DNA from: an uncultured Candidatus Rokubacteria bacterium | GTDB lineage: Bacteria; Methylomirabilota; Methylomirabilia; Rokubacteriales; DASRDR01 | Assembly: GCA_963708025.1 (NCBI GenBank) | Contig: CAVPSB010000013.1 | Location: 643,564-707,563, forward strand | DNA: 64,000 nucleotides | Direction: 5' to 3' | Shown: one piece after another, positions 17,662 through 26,810 of the stretch | How positions within the stretch are numbered: position 1 is the first letter of the stretch | Layout: every line of letters begins with the position of its first letter | Position numbers and translations under genes: made by a program | Notes under the pieces: generated by a model | The model's database searches: none | What the model saw: only the letters and a program-made list of their open reading frames with translations | Told to the model about the DNA's origin: nothing

Positions 17662-19050
17662 TTAGAGCGGGCACTGGCCGAAGTGGGTCGGCCCGTGCTT
17701 GAGCAGCAGCTTGTTGGCCAGGACCTCGTCGGCGACGGCGCGCCCGGCCGCCAGCCCGGCTTGGTTTCCGCTGAGATTGAAGTGGATCCCGCCGACCACC
17801 CGCGAGATCCCGGCCTCTTCCGCGGCCGCCGAGAAGCTGGGATACGTCCGCTGGGCAAAGGGCACACCTGAGGCTGGGATCGAAGCCAGTTTGACCTCGA
17901 CCGCGTCATTGCAGAAGACGCCGGCCAAGGACCCGGGCGGCAGCGGCGCTGAAGGAGCTGTGACCGGACCAGTGCTCCGGCGAGGTGCCGATGCCAGCAG
18001 GGAGTGCGCGTCCAGCCCAATCCGGGTCAGCAATGGTGTTGTCATTGCCGTCGGTGTCGGCCTCCCGGATGGCAGTGAACGGCCGCCAGAAGCGTAAGTG
18101 AACTTCGTCTGGTAGGTCGGGGCCACGGTGTCGGCCATGGCCATGCTCACCAGCGCGAACAGCCGCGCGGTGTCCGCCAGGTGGAGGTCCGCCTCCGTCG
18201 GACACCGCGGTCGTGACCTGGAGCCACGCCCCCGGCCGGCTGGTTCGTGTCTCCGCCCAGGCCCAGAAATTGAACGTCGCGAGCTTGGCCGCGTCGGGGA
18301 TGGCGGCGTTGCCCAGCAGCTTCTCCTCGGCGAACGTAGCGGCGTAGTCGAGGCTCGCGAGCGGCGGCGGCCCCGAGCTGACGTAGGCGACTCGGTTGAA
18401 TACTCCACTATCCGGGCGAGGTTCAGACGAGCGGATTCGCGATGGCGAAGGGCGCCAGGTAGCGGGGCTGAACACCCGACCGGCTCGTCCGGAAGATCCC
18501 CGTCGGGTCTGGCCGACGAGCCAGCCGGCTGCGTCTCGCGCGCCGCTGATCCCGTCATCCACGCGCGCCATGAGCACCTCGAGCCCGACGTGCTCACCCC
18601 AGTCTTCCCGGCCGTGACCCGCGGCCCGGAGCCGAGCGCCAGGTCGGGGCGAGCTGGGCTCGTCGTCGAACTCAGGACGAGGTTCGGCTGGGGTCGGGAG
18701 GGAACAGGCCGCACAGGACGGTGTGGGCCGCCGCGGCGGCCGCCGCGACCGGATGACCGAGCGCCGGGGCCCCGGTCGGCGGCACCAGCGCGTGCTGGCG
18801 GTCGATCAGGGTGAGCTTCGAGCACGATGCCGTTGACCGCGTCGTACATGGCCACGTTGACCATGGCGTACGTCCGGGCGGCCTTCGCGTCGCTCAGGTT
18901 CTTGGTACGAGCCGTCCGAACGCGCACCTGATTCCAGGTGCGGATGACGTCGCCCGACTGGAAGAAGGTGGCCGCCCCGTCGGGGACGCCGACGGCCAGC
19001 GTCAGCAGCAGCGCGGTGAGAGTAAAGAGCCATCTCGCCGTACGGTTCAC
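17662..19050 (-). pseudogene. vanadium-dependent haloperoxidase / PAP2 superfamily protein, multiply frameshifted
   Basis: AMVNVAMYDAVNGI, RLFALVSMAMAD, KFTY/RFWRP, PEHWSGHS, SRVVGGIHF distributed over different frames; signal peptide. Confidence 0.8.
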
Positions 19051-19278
19051 GAACGCCCTCCCTTTCTGAAGCCTTCGGGTTGAACCTCGAACCCGACCGC
19101 ACTCTTCGCGTGTCGTTTTTCGGGAGTGCATTTCTCATTCCTGAGATGCCGGCGACGTCTCGGGCCGTCTCAGTGTTTACACTGACGCCGCCAAAGCCCC
19201 CGGGACCGCACGGCTTTTGTCCGTACGAGAACTCCACGGCGTCCGGGCGACGACACTCGACTTCCGCGGCCCGGGCGT

Positions 19279-19307
19279 TTGATCGCTGCCGAATTTTGTT
19301 GTACAAC
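19279..19307 (+). promoter_or_regulatory. promoter with GTTGTACAAC palindrome over the -10
   Basis: TTGATC-17 nt-TACAAC; perfect 10-bp palindrome 19298-19307. Confidence 0.5.
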
Positions 19308-19336
19308 CGGGACAACCTGGCACAAGGAGGGGACCC

Positions 19337-20452
19337 ATGCCATCGGGACGAACGGCCGCGCAGATCGGGTTGGCCATCGTGGGGGGAGGCCGGATCGGCC
19401 TCATCCGGGGGGAGATCGCGGCCCGGCATCCGAGCGTCGGGTGGATCGGCCTCGCCGAATCCCGGGCCGACCGGGCCAAGGAGGTCGCCGAGCGGATCGG
19501 CGCCGATTTCGTGACGACCGACCACCGCGAGCTGCTGGCGCGGCCCGAGGTGACGGCGGCCGTCATCGCCACCGACGAGCACCTCCACGTCGATCCCGTC
19601 CTCGCCGCGGCGGAGCGAGGGCTGCCCCTCCTCATCGAGAAGCCGCTCGCCACCACCCTCCGGGAGTCGGCCCGCGTGCTGGAGGCGATCCGGGCCTCCG
19701 GCGTCGACGCCGTCGTGGGCTACACCCAGCGGTTCCGCCGCCGCTTCCTGGCCGCCAAGGAGAAGCTGCGGACCGGCCAGCTCGGCGACGTGACCCTGGT
19801 CACCTCGCGGGCCTTCATGAACCGGCTGGTGGCGCTCGACAACTACCGGCGGACCGACCGGCCCGAGACGATCTCGCCCATGGTCATCTCGGGCACGCAC
19901 GCGCTCGACCTGGTGATGTGGCTCCTCGACGGCAAGACCCCGGCCGAGGTCTACGCCCGCTCCGTGGACCGCGTGCTCGGGCCGTCGGTGCGGGGCATCG
20001 ACGCCACCGCCGGCCTGATCACCATGACCGACGGGACCCTCTATCACCTCAACATCTCCTGGGCGCTGCCCACCGTGTGGCCGGGCTCGGTGTACAGCCT
20101 GGAGATCGGGATCGTCGGGACGGACGGGGTCCTCACGATCGACGACACCCACCGCGACGTGATTCTGGCCACCACCCGACCCCAGGCCGCAGGATACACC
20201 CCGGAGTCCACTCGCCACGTTGACTTCCTCACCAGCTACCCGCCCGGCAACGTGGCGCTGGGCGAGCTGTGGGGGCCGATGCGGGAGGAGACCCAGGCCT
20301 GGCTCGGGCGCGTGGCCCTGGGCCACGCGACGCCGCACGCGACGGCCGCCGAGGCCCACGACCGCCTGATGCTGACCAAGGCAATGGACCTCTCGGCCCG
20401 GCTGAGGCGCCCGATCCCGCTCCCGATCACGCCCGACGACGAGACGCGCTGA
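19337..20452 (+). CDS. Gfo/Idh/MocA family oxidoreductase (paralogue 1)
   Basis: IVGGGRIG, LLIEKPLA, VGYTQRF, GTHALDL; AAGGAGG RBS. Confidence 0.9.
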   Translation: MPSGRTAAQIGLAIVGGGRIGLIRGEIAARHPSVGWIGLAESRADRAKEVAERIGADFVTTDHRELLARPEVTAAVIATDEHLHVDPVLAAAERGLPLLIEKPLATTLRESARVLEAIRASGVDAVVGYTQRFRRRFLAAKEKLRTGQLGDVTLVTSRAFMNRLVALDNYRRTDRPETISPMVISGTHALDLVMWLLDGKTPAEVYARSVDRVLGPSVRGIDATAGLITMTDGTLYHLNISWALPTVWPGSVYSLEIGIVGTDGVLTIDDTHRDVILATTRPQAAGYTPESTRHVDFLTSYPPGNVALGELWGPMREETQAWLGRVALGHATPHATAAEAHDRLMLTKAMDLSARLRRPIPLPITPDDETR

Positions 20453-20475
20453 GCGGCTGCGCGGGGAGGGCCGCC

Positions 20476-20985
20476 ATGACGAGCGATCCTACGCGGCGCG
20501 GCCTGGACCCCACGATCACCAAGCGCGAGGTCGTCTTCACCGTGACCGTGGAGGGGGTGACCCCGTTCCTGAAGGTCGCCACCGCCTGCCGCAACGGCGA
20601 GGACTCTTACACCTTCGTGTCCGACGAGGGCCCCCTCCTCGGGGGCCTCGGGTCGGCGCCGCCGCCCCTGGCCTACTTCAGCGCCGCCATCGCCTTCTGA
20701 CTCATGACCCAGGTGTCCCGGTACGGGCACATGCTGAAGATGCGGGTGGACCGGATGCGCATGCACGTCACCGCCCGGTACCGGGTCGACGGCTCGGTGC
20801 TGAACGACACCATCCAGGCCCGGATGGTCGGCGTCGAGACCCGGCTCGAGCTCGACTCCCCGGAGCCGGTTGACCGGGTCGCCCGCCTCGTCCGTAACGC
20901 CGAGCGGGGCTGCTTCGTCATGCAGGGGCTCCTCGAGCCGGTCCCGATCGCGGGCACCACGCTCCTGAACGGCCAGCCGCTGTGA
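20476..20985 (+). CDS. OsmC/Ohr-like protein with in-frame TGA (probable selenocysteine at codon 75)
   Basis: GGGAGG RBS; DEG..LGG.GSAPPPLAYFSAAIAF-TGA-LMTQ continues in frame to AERGCFV; TGA at 20698-20700 occupies the first conserved Cys position. Confidence 0.82.
20713..20730 (+). promoter_or_regulatory. bacterial SECIS-like hairpin
   Basis: GUG(U bulge)CCCG-GUA-CGGG-CAC starting 12 nt after the UGA; bulged U and apical GU as in the E. coli fdhF SECIS. Confidence 0.65.
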
Positions 20986-21430
20986 ACGCCCGGCTGCGGG
21001 CCCTTCTCCTCGCGACACTGGCCCTGAGCCTCCTCCCCGTGCCGATCGCCGGCGCGCAGCCGGCGAAGGTGCCCCGCGTCGGGCTCCTGGGGGTCGGTTC
21101 GGCCGAGGCGTCGCCGCTCTTCGAGGCCTTCCGGCAGAACCTCCGCGAGCTGGGCTACGTCGAAGGTCAGAGCATCGCCTTCGACGATCGCACCAAGGTC
21201 GAGCAGTACAGCCGCCTTGCCGACGTCGCCGCCGAGCTGGTCCGGCTCAAGGTTGACCTGATCATGGCGTACGGGACGACCGCGACCCACGCGACCAGGA
21301 AGGCGACGCGGACGATTCCGATCGTCATGGTCGACGGGGCCGACCCGGTCTCAACCTCAAGACCGCCAAGGCGCTCGGGCTGACGGTCCCGCCGTCGCTG
21401 CAGTTCCGCGCGGACCAGCTCATCGAGTGA
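20982..21430 (+). pseudogene. ABC_sub_bind substrate-binding protein with a large internal deletion
   Basis: N-terminus to IPIVMVDGADPV is joined out of frame at about 21350 to the family C-terminus NLKTAKALGLTVPPSLQFRADQLIE*. Confidence 0.85.
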
Positions 21431-21446
21431 GACAGGAGGCTCGACC

Positions 21447-22487
21447 GTGGCCATGCGACGCATCGGGGTGGGAGTGATCGGCACCGGGTGGATCGGCGAG
21501 ATCCGCGCCCGGGTCTGCGCGGAGCACCCGCTGGTGGAGAGCCTGCACCTGGCCGAGATCGACCCGGCCCGGCTCGAGCGGGTCGCGCGGGCCACCGGCG
21601 CCCGGTCGGCGACGCAGGACTACCACGAGCTCCTCGCCCGGAAGGACGTGGACGCGGTCTTCGTCTCCACCACCCCCGAGACGACCCACTACCCCATCAC
21701 CCGCGACTGCCTGCTGGCGCGGAAGCACACCTTCCTCGAGAAGCCGATGGGGCTCGAGCTGAAGGAAGCCGACGAGATGATGGCCCTGGCCCGCGAGGGC
21801 GACGTGAAGCTCACGATCGGCTACACCCAGCGCTTCAACCCCAAGTACGCCTACGTGAAGCAGTGCGTCGCCGACGGCACCCTCGGCCGGCCGGTCACCG
21901 CGCTGGTCAGCCGCAACGTCTCCCGCAGCATCGGGAACAAGATCGGCGGGCGCATCCGGCTGTCGCCGGCGGTCATGGAGGCGACGCACGACCTCGACTT
22001 CATCCTGTGGTGCCTGGAGGGGCTCCGGCCGACCCGCGTCTACGCCCAGTCCGTGTACCGGATCATGGAGCAGGCCCACGGCGTGCCCGACTGCACGTGG
22101 ATCGTGGTCACCATGGAGGACGGCACCGTCTTCACCATCGGCGCCGGCTGGGCGCTGCCCCCCGGCTATCCCCACTTCTCGTCGGCGACGATCGAGTTCG
22201 TCGCCACCGAGGGCGCGCTCCTCATCGACGACAGCCACCGCGACATCGTGCTGAACACGATGCAGAAGGGCATGGTGCTCCCCCTGTCCACGATGCCCGG
22301 GGAGCAGGTGGCCCACGTCTACCAGGGCCCGATGCAGGCCGAGACGATCCACTTCCTGGAGGTGGTGGCCCTGGGCCGCCCCGTCCTGGTGACGCCCGAG
22401 CAGGCCCGGCAGGTCATGGAGGTGACGCTGGCCGCCGACCTCTCGGCCGAGCGGAACCAGCCGATCCCCCTGCCCCTCCCGGCCTGA
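21447..22487 (+). CDS. Gfo/Idh/MocA family oxidoreductase (paralogue 2)
   Basis: VIGTGWIG, FLEKPM, IGYTQRF, ATHDLD; AGGAGG RBS. Confidence 0.9.
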   Translation: MAMRRIGVGVIGTGWIGEIRARVCAEHPLVESLHLAEIDPARLERVARATGARSATQDYHELLARKDVDAVFVSTTPETTHYPITRDCLLARKHTFLEKPMGLELKEADEMMALAREGDVKLTIGYTQRFNPKYAYVKQCVADGTLGRPVTALVSRNVSRSIGNKIGGRIRLSPAVMEATHDLDFILWCLEGLRPTRVYAQSVYRIMEQAHGVPDCTWIVVTMEDGTVFTIGAGWALPPGYPHFSSATIEFVATEGALLIDDSHRDIVLNTMQKGMVLPLSTMPGEQVAHVYQGPMQAETIHFLEVVALGRPVLVTPEQARQVMEVTLAADLSAERNQPIPLPLPA

Positions 22488-22495
22488 GACCCTCG

Positions 22496-22523
22496 GGGAG
22501 TCTCGGAAGACCCCGATGCCCCC
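22496..22523. repeat. REP-like hairpin downstream of gene (GGGGAGTCT-CGGA-AGACCCC)
   Basis: Short GC-rich inverted repeat after the stop; a hairpin of similar style lies at 32511-32544. Confidence 0.45.
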
Positions 22524-22705
22524 CACGAGCCGGACCGTAGCGCAGTGCGTTCCCGAGCGGCAAGATCGCCGCGACCGCCGGGCGCCCGGCCGGCCTTGCC
22601 GCCGGCGAGCCCTTTGGCCTACCATCCTGCCCGACCGCCGATGAGCACCTGGCCCTGACGCGGAGTCGAGACCCGGTGAGACCCCAATAGACCAAGGAGG
22701 CTGAC

Positions 22706-23570
22706 ATGAAGCTCGTCCGCTATGGCCGGCCCGGTCGTGAGCAGCCCGGTCTCCTCGACGCCGACGGCCGGATCCGCGATCTCAGCCGGGCGATCGAGGA
22801 CGTCACGCCGGACGCCCTCACGCCGGCCGCCGTCAAGCGCCTGCGCGCGGCTGAACCCGGCCAGGCTGCCCGTCGTCCGCGGCCGTCCCCGCCTGGGGTG
22901 CCCGGTGGCTCGCATCGGCAAGCTGGTGTGCATCGGGCTGAACTACACGGATCACGCCCGGGAGGTCAACCTCCCGCTGCCGGCGGAGCCGCTCTTCTTC
23001 ATCAAGGCGCCGAGCGCCGTCTGCGGCCCTGACGACCCCATCGTCGCCCCCCGCGGCGCGACCAAGCTCGACTACGAGGTGGAGCTGGGGGTGGTCATCG
23101 GCCGCGACGCCCGCTATCTCGACGAGAAGGAGGCGATGAGCCACGTCGCCGGGTACTGCGTCGTCAACGACGTCTCGGAGCGCGCGTTCCAGATGGAGCG
23201 GGGCGGCACGACGACCAAGGGGAAGAGCGCCGACAGCTTCGGGCCGGTCGGCCCGTGGCTGGTGACCGCGGACGAGGTCCGCGATCCCCAGGCCCTCCGC
23301 CTCTGGACGACCGTGAACGGCGAGACGCGGCAGGACGGCAACACGGCGAACATGCTCTTCACGGTCCCCTTCCTCGTCGCGTACGTGACGCAGTTCATGT
23401 CGCTCCGGGCCGGCGACGTCATCTCCACCGGCACGCCGGCCGGTGTGGGCCACGGGCACAAGCCGCCGCGCTACCTCCAGCGAGGCGACGTCGTGGAGCT
23501 GGGCATCACCGGGCTCGGCGCCCAGCGCCACGAGGTGGTCGCCGGGGAAGCGGGGCCGAAGCGGCGCTAG
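22706..23570 (+). CDS. fumarylacetoacetate hydrolase family protein (frameshift near 22850)
   Basis: MKLVRYG.PG.E.PG N-terminus in one frame; CIGLNY, DYEVEL, NDVSER, KGKS.DSFGP, GDVISTGTPAGVG in another. Confidence 0.88.
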
Positions 23571-23831
23571 CTCATGGATGGCGATCCCGGCGCGAGCCTG
23601 GCCCTCGCCCGGGGCGCCACCCGGGGGGATTCTCGTCCTGGCACCGTGATGGTACTCTGCGACGAAGCCCTGACCCCCGCGGAGGCCTGCCGGCTCCGCC
23701 GGGGCCCCGGGAAGAGGGCGGTCCCGGGATCCGTGCCGATGGACAGCACAGGGACACCTGGCTCACGGGAGGCCTGGCACCGCCCCGCCGCCGACCGCGA
23801 GCCGCATTCCCACAGCCAAGGAGGAGCCATC

Positions 23832-24320
23832 ATGACGCTGCGGTCCACCCTGACGGTCTCGTGTGCCCTGTTGCTCGGACTCACCGCATCGGGCGCCCTG
23901 GCGCAGATGCCCAACCCCTATGGCGCCCCGATCGGCCTGGAGAGCGCGAAGAAGGCCGCCGCCGGCGCGGTCGCGGAAGCCCGCAAGAACAACTGGACCA
24001 TGGCGGTGGCCATCACCGACGGCGGCGGCGACCTGATCTACTTGGAGAAGATGGACGGCACCCAGACCGGCAGCATCAGCGTGGCGATCGGCAAGGCCCG
24101 CTCGGCGGCCATGTTCAAGCGACCGAGCAAGGTCTTCCAGGACGCGGTGGCCGGGGGCGGCGCCGGGCTCCGCATCCTCGGCCTGGAAGGCGCGGTGCCG
24201 GTCGAGGGCGGCCTCCCGCTGGTCATGGACGGCAAGATCGTCGGCGCCATCGGCCTGTCGGGCGGCACCAGCGATCAGGACGGGGTGGCCGCCAAGGCCG
24301 GTGCCGACGCCGTCAAGTAG
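23832..24320 (+). CDS. GlcG/HbpS family heme-binding protein with signal peptide
   Basis: AVAITDGGG, A.GKARSA, EGGLPL..DGKIVGAIGLSGG; AAGGAGG RBS. Confidence 0.88.
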   Translation: MTLRSTLTVSCALLLGLTASGALAQMPNPYGAPIGLESAKKAAAGAVAEARKNNWTMAVAITDGGGDLIYLEKMDGTQTGSISVAIGKARSAAMFKRPSKVFQDAVAGGGAGLRILGLEGAVPVEGGLPLVMDGKIVGAIGLSGGTSDQDGVAAKAGADAVK

Positions 24321-24343
24321 GCCAGGCCGACTGCGGGGAACGA

Positions 24344-24373
24344 CCTCGAGTGCCGTGAGAGCGGCACTCGAGG
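24344..24373 (+). terminator. 12-bp GC stem hairpin, terminator-like without U tail
   Basis: CCTCGAGTGCCG-N6-CGGCACTCGAGG 24 nt after the stop. Confidence 0.45.
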
Positions 24374-24451
24374 GTCGCCGGGAGGACCGGGAGACCGGCG
24401 ATGACCCCACGGCTCCAGCCCGCACGTCGGACGGGCCGTAGGGAGGCACGC

Positions 24452-25147
24452 ATGCCGAAGCTCACGCTGTTCCTGGAGCGCAAGCAGCTGCAGGTTTACG
24501 ACCTCGACCGGGACGTGATCCGGATCGGACGGTCGGCGGGCCTGGAGATCGTGATCGACAACGTCTCGGTCTCTCGCCGGCAGGCCGAGATCTGGCAGGA
24601 TGGCGGGGCGTGGAAGGTGGCCGATCTCGGGTCCGAGAACGGCACCCTGCTGAACGGCCAGCGGCTCGCCGAGCCCCAGCCGCTGCGGCCGGGGGACGAG
24701 ATCTCGTTCGGGAAGTACTCCCTCTTCTTCGAGCGCACGTTCACCGAGCCGAGCCCGAGGGGCGTGCCGGTCCCGCCCGCGAGTCCCGAGGAGGATCGCA
24801 CGTTCCAGTTGCGGGCCGAGGACCTCGTGCGCCTCCAGCAGGCGGCGGCGCTCAAGCGGCGGGCCCAGCTCCAGTGGAAGGTGAAAGACCAGCGGGGCAC
24901 GTACTACGTCGAAGGCGGTGGGGCGATCGTGGGCCGGTCGGCCCTGTGCGATCTCCGGGTACCGGCCGGAGGGCCGCCCCAGCACCTCGTGGTCCTGCGC
25001 GGCCCGAGCGGCTTCGAGATTCGAAACCTGTCGCGATGGTACCGGATGCGCGTCAACGGGGAGCCGACGTCACGGGCCGCGCTCAAGAGCGGCGACACGA
25101 TCGAAGTGGGGATGCTCCGGCTGACCTTCCTGGACGAGGTCCGCTAA
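24452..25147 (+). CDS. FHA domain protein (canonical N-terminal FHA plus degenerate C-terminal FHA)
   Basis: IGRS, VSRRQA, DLGSENGT.LNG, LRPGDEI; second VGRS..VNG..LKSGDTI unit. Confidence 0.85.
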   Translation: MPKLTLFLERKQLQVYDLDRDVIRIGRSAGLEIVIDNVSVSRRQAEIWQDGGAWKVADLGSENGTLLNGQRLAEPQPLRPGDEISFGKYSLFFERTFTEPSPRGVPVPPASPEEDRTFQLRAEDLVRLQQAAALKRRAQLQWKVKDQRGTYYVEGGGAIVGRSALCDLRVPAGGPPQHLVVLRGPSGFEIRNLSRWYRMRVNGEPTSRAALKSGDTIEVGMLRLTFLDEVR

Positions 25148-25163
25148 GCCCTTCGGGGGGGTC

Positions 25164-25604
25164 TCAGCCGGTGTCGGCGGCGAGCCCGGCGGCCGCGATG
25201 CCGGCCAGCGCACAGGCTTCGTCCTGATCCGAGGTGTCGCCGGAGATCCCGACGGCGCCGATCACCAGTCCGCCGGCGTCGCGGATCAGCACGCCGCCCG
25301 CGGCCGGCACCACCCGTCCCCCGGACATGGCGTTGAGCGCGGCGAAGAACGCCTGCTGCTGACCCGGCTCGGCGACCCGGCGGGCCAGCGCCCGGGAGCC
25401 CACGCCCATCCCGAGCGCGCCCCAGGCCTTGCCCGTGGCGATCTGGGGGCGAACGATCCCCGCCCCGTCCTCCCGGGCGAACGCCTTCAGGTGCCCGCCG
25501 TCGTCGAGGACGGCCACCGCCAGCGGGGCGCAGCCCAGCTCCCGCGCCTTCCGGAGCGCCGCCTCCACCACGGTCGTCGCCTGCTCCAGCGTGATTCCCG
25601 CCAC
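25164..25604 (-). CDS. GlcG/HbpS family heme-binding protein, cytoplasmic
   Basis: AVAVLDDGGHL, A.GKAWGA, GGVLI..GAVGISGDTSD.DE. Confidence 0.88.
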   Translation of the reverse strand: MAGITLEQATTVVEAALRKARELGCAPLAVAVLDDGGHLKAFAREDGAGIVRPQIATGKAWGALGMGVGSRALARRVAEPGQQQAFFAALNAMSGGRVVPAAGGVLIRDAGGLVIGAVGISGDTSDQDEACALAGIAAAGLAADTG

Positions 25605-25706
25605 GTCACCCTCCGCGCGAGCCACCGCTCTCGCGTCGCGGAACAGTAGCACTCCGCTTCCTTCCCGGTCAATCGCCGGCGTCAGTCCGGCGGCGGCAAG
25701 GCCGTG

Positions 25707-26697
25707 CTAGAGGCCGGCCCGGCTCTTTCCCTTCACCGCCCGGTTGACCACGTTGACCGGCCACTCCCCCGTCAGCACGCGGCGCACCTCGTTGGGCGCC
25801 CCCGCCTGCAACCCCACCAGCGCCTGCTCGCTGTACCAGGCCGCGTGGGGCGTGATGGTGACGTTCTCCCGGCCGCGCAGCGGGTGGGGGTCGGGGAGGG
25901 GCTCGGGGTCCGTCGTGTCGAGCGCACACCCCGCGATCCGGCCGGCATCGAGCGCCCGGACGAGCGCCGCGGTGTCGAACGATGGGACCGCGGGAGCAGT
26001 TGATGAGAAAGGCGGTCGGCTTCATCTGGGAGAGGGCCGCGTCGTTCATCATCCCTCGCGTCTCGGGGGCGAGCGGCGGATGAAGGGAGACGAAGTCCGA
26101 CGCCCGCAGCATCTCGAGGAACTCCTTCTTCTCGCCCGGCGCCTGGAACTGCCCCGCCGAGACGAACGGATCGTAGTACAGGACGCGCATCCCGAACCCG
26201 GCCGCCCGCACCGCCACCGCCCGGGCGATGTTCCCGAAGCCCACCAGCCCGAGCGTGCGTCCCGCCACACGGAACATGGGCTTGGCCGGCGGGACCTCCC
26301 AGCGGCCCTTTCGCACGAGCCGGTCATAGAACGCGACCTTGCGCGCGCATGCGAGGAGGAGACTCATCGTGTGCTCGGCGACCTCCTCGATGCAGTAGGT
26401 CGGATTGTTGGTGACGATGATGCCGGCCTCGGTCGCCGCCACGAGGTCGATGGTGTCCACGCCGATCCCGTACCGGGCGATGATCCGGCACCGGGGCATC
26501 CGGGCCATCGCCGCGGCGGTGATGGGCCCGGCGTAGGTGTTGAGCAGGGCGTCGCAGTCCTCCGCCTCGGGGAGGAACTCCTCGGCCGTCCGGGTCTGGA
26601 GCGGCACGAGGGTGGCGAGGCCGTCGAGGATGTTCTTCTCGACGGCCAGCGACTCCCAGACGTAGTCGGTCAGGACCACTTTCGCGTTGCCCGCCAT
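25707..26697 (-). CDS. D-2-hydroxyacid dehydrogenase, CtBP-like (frameshift near 25978)
   Basis: ARYGIGVDTID, GLVGFGNIA, SLHPPL, INCSRG; TPHAAWYSE C-terminus in another frame. Confidence 0.88.
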
Positions 26698-26810
26698 GTG
26701 CACGCCTCCGTCGGGCTCTCGCCACCGCCCGTGGACCGTCCCAGGAGAGGATGGCTCGGGGGCCACCCCGGTTTTTGGCCGGCGCCCCGCCGACCGGTAT
26801 GATACGACGC

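Noticed and set aside
19195-19235. Minus-strand GGACAAAAGCC resembling the 3' part of a guanidine-I (ykkC) riboswitch
   Set aside because: The 5' conserved helix and the CCGGGAG tail are absent; match too short
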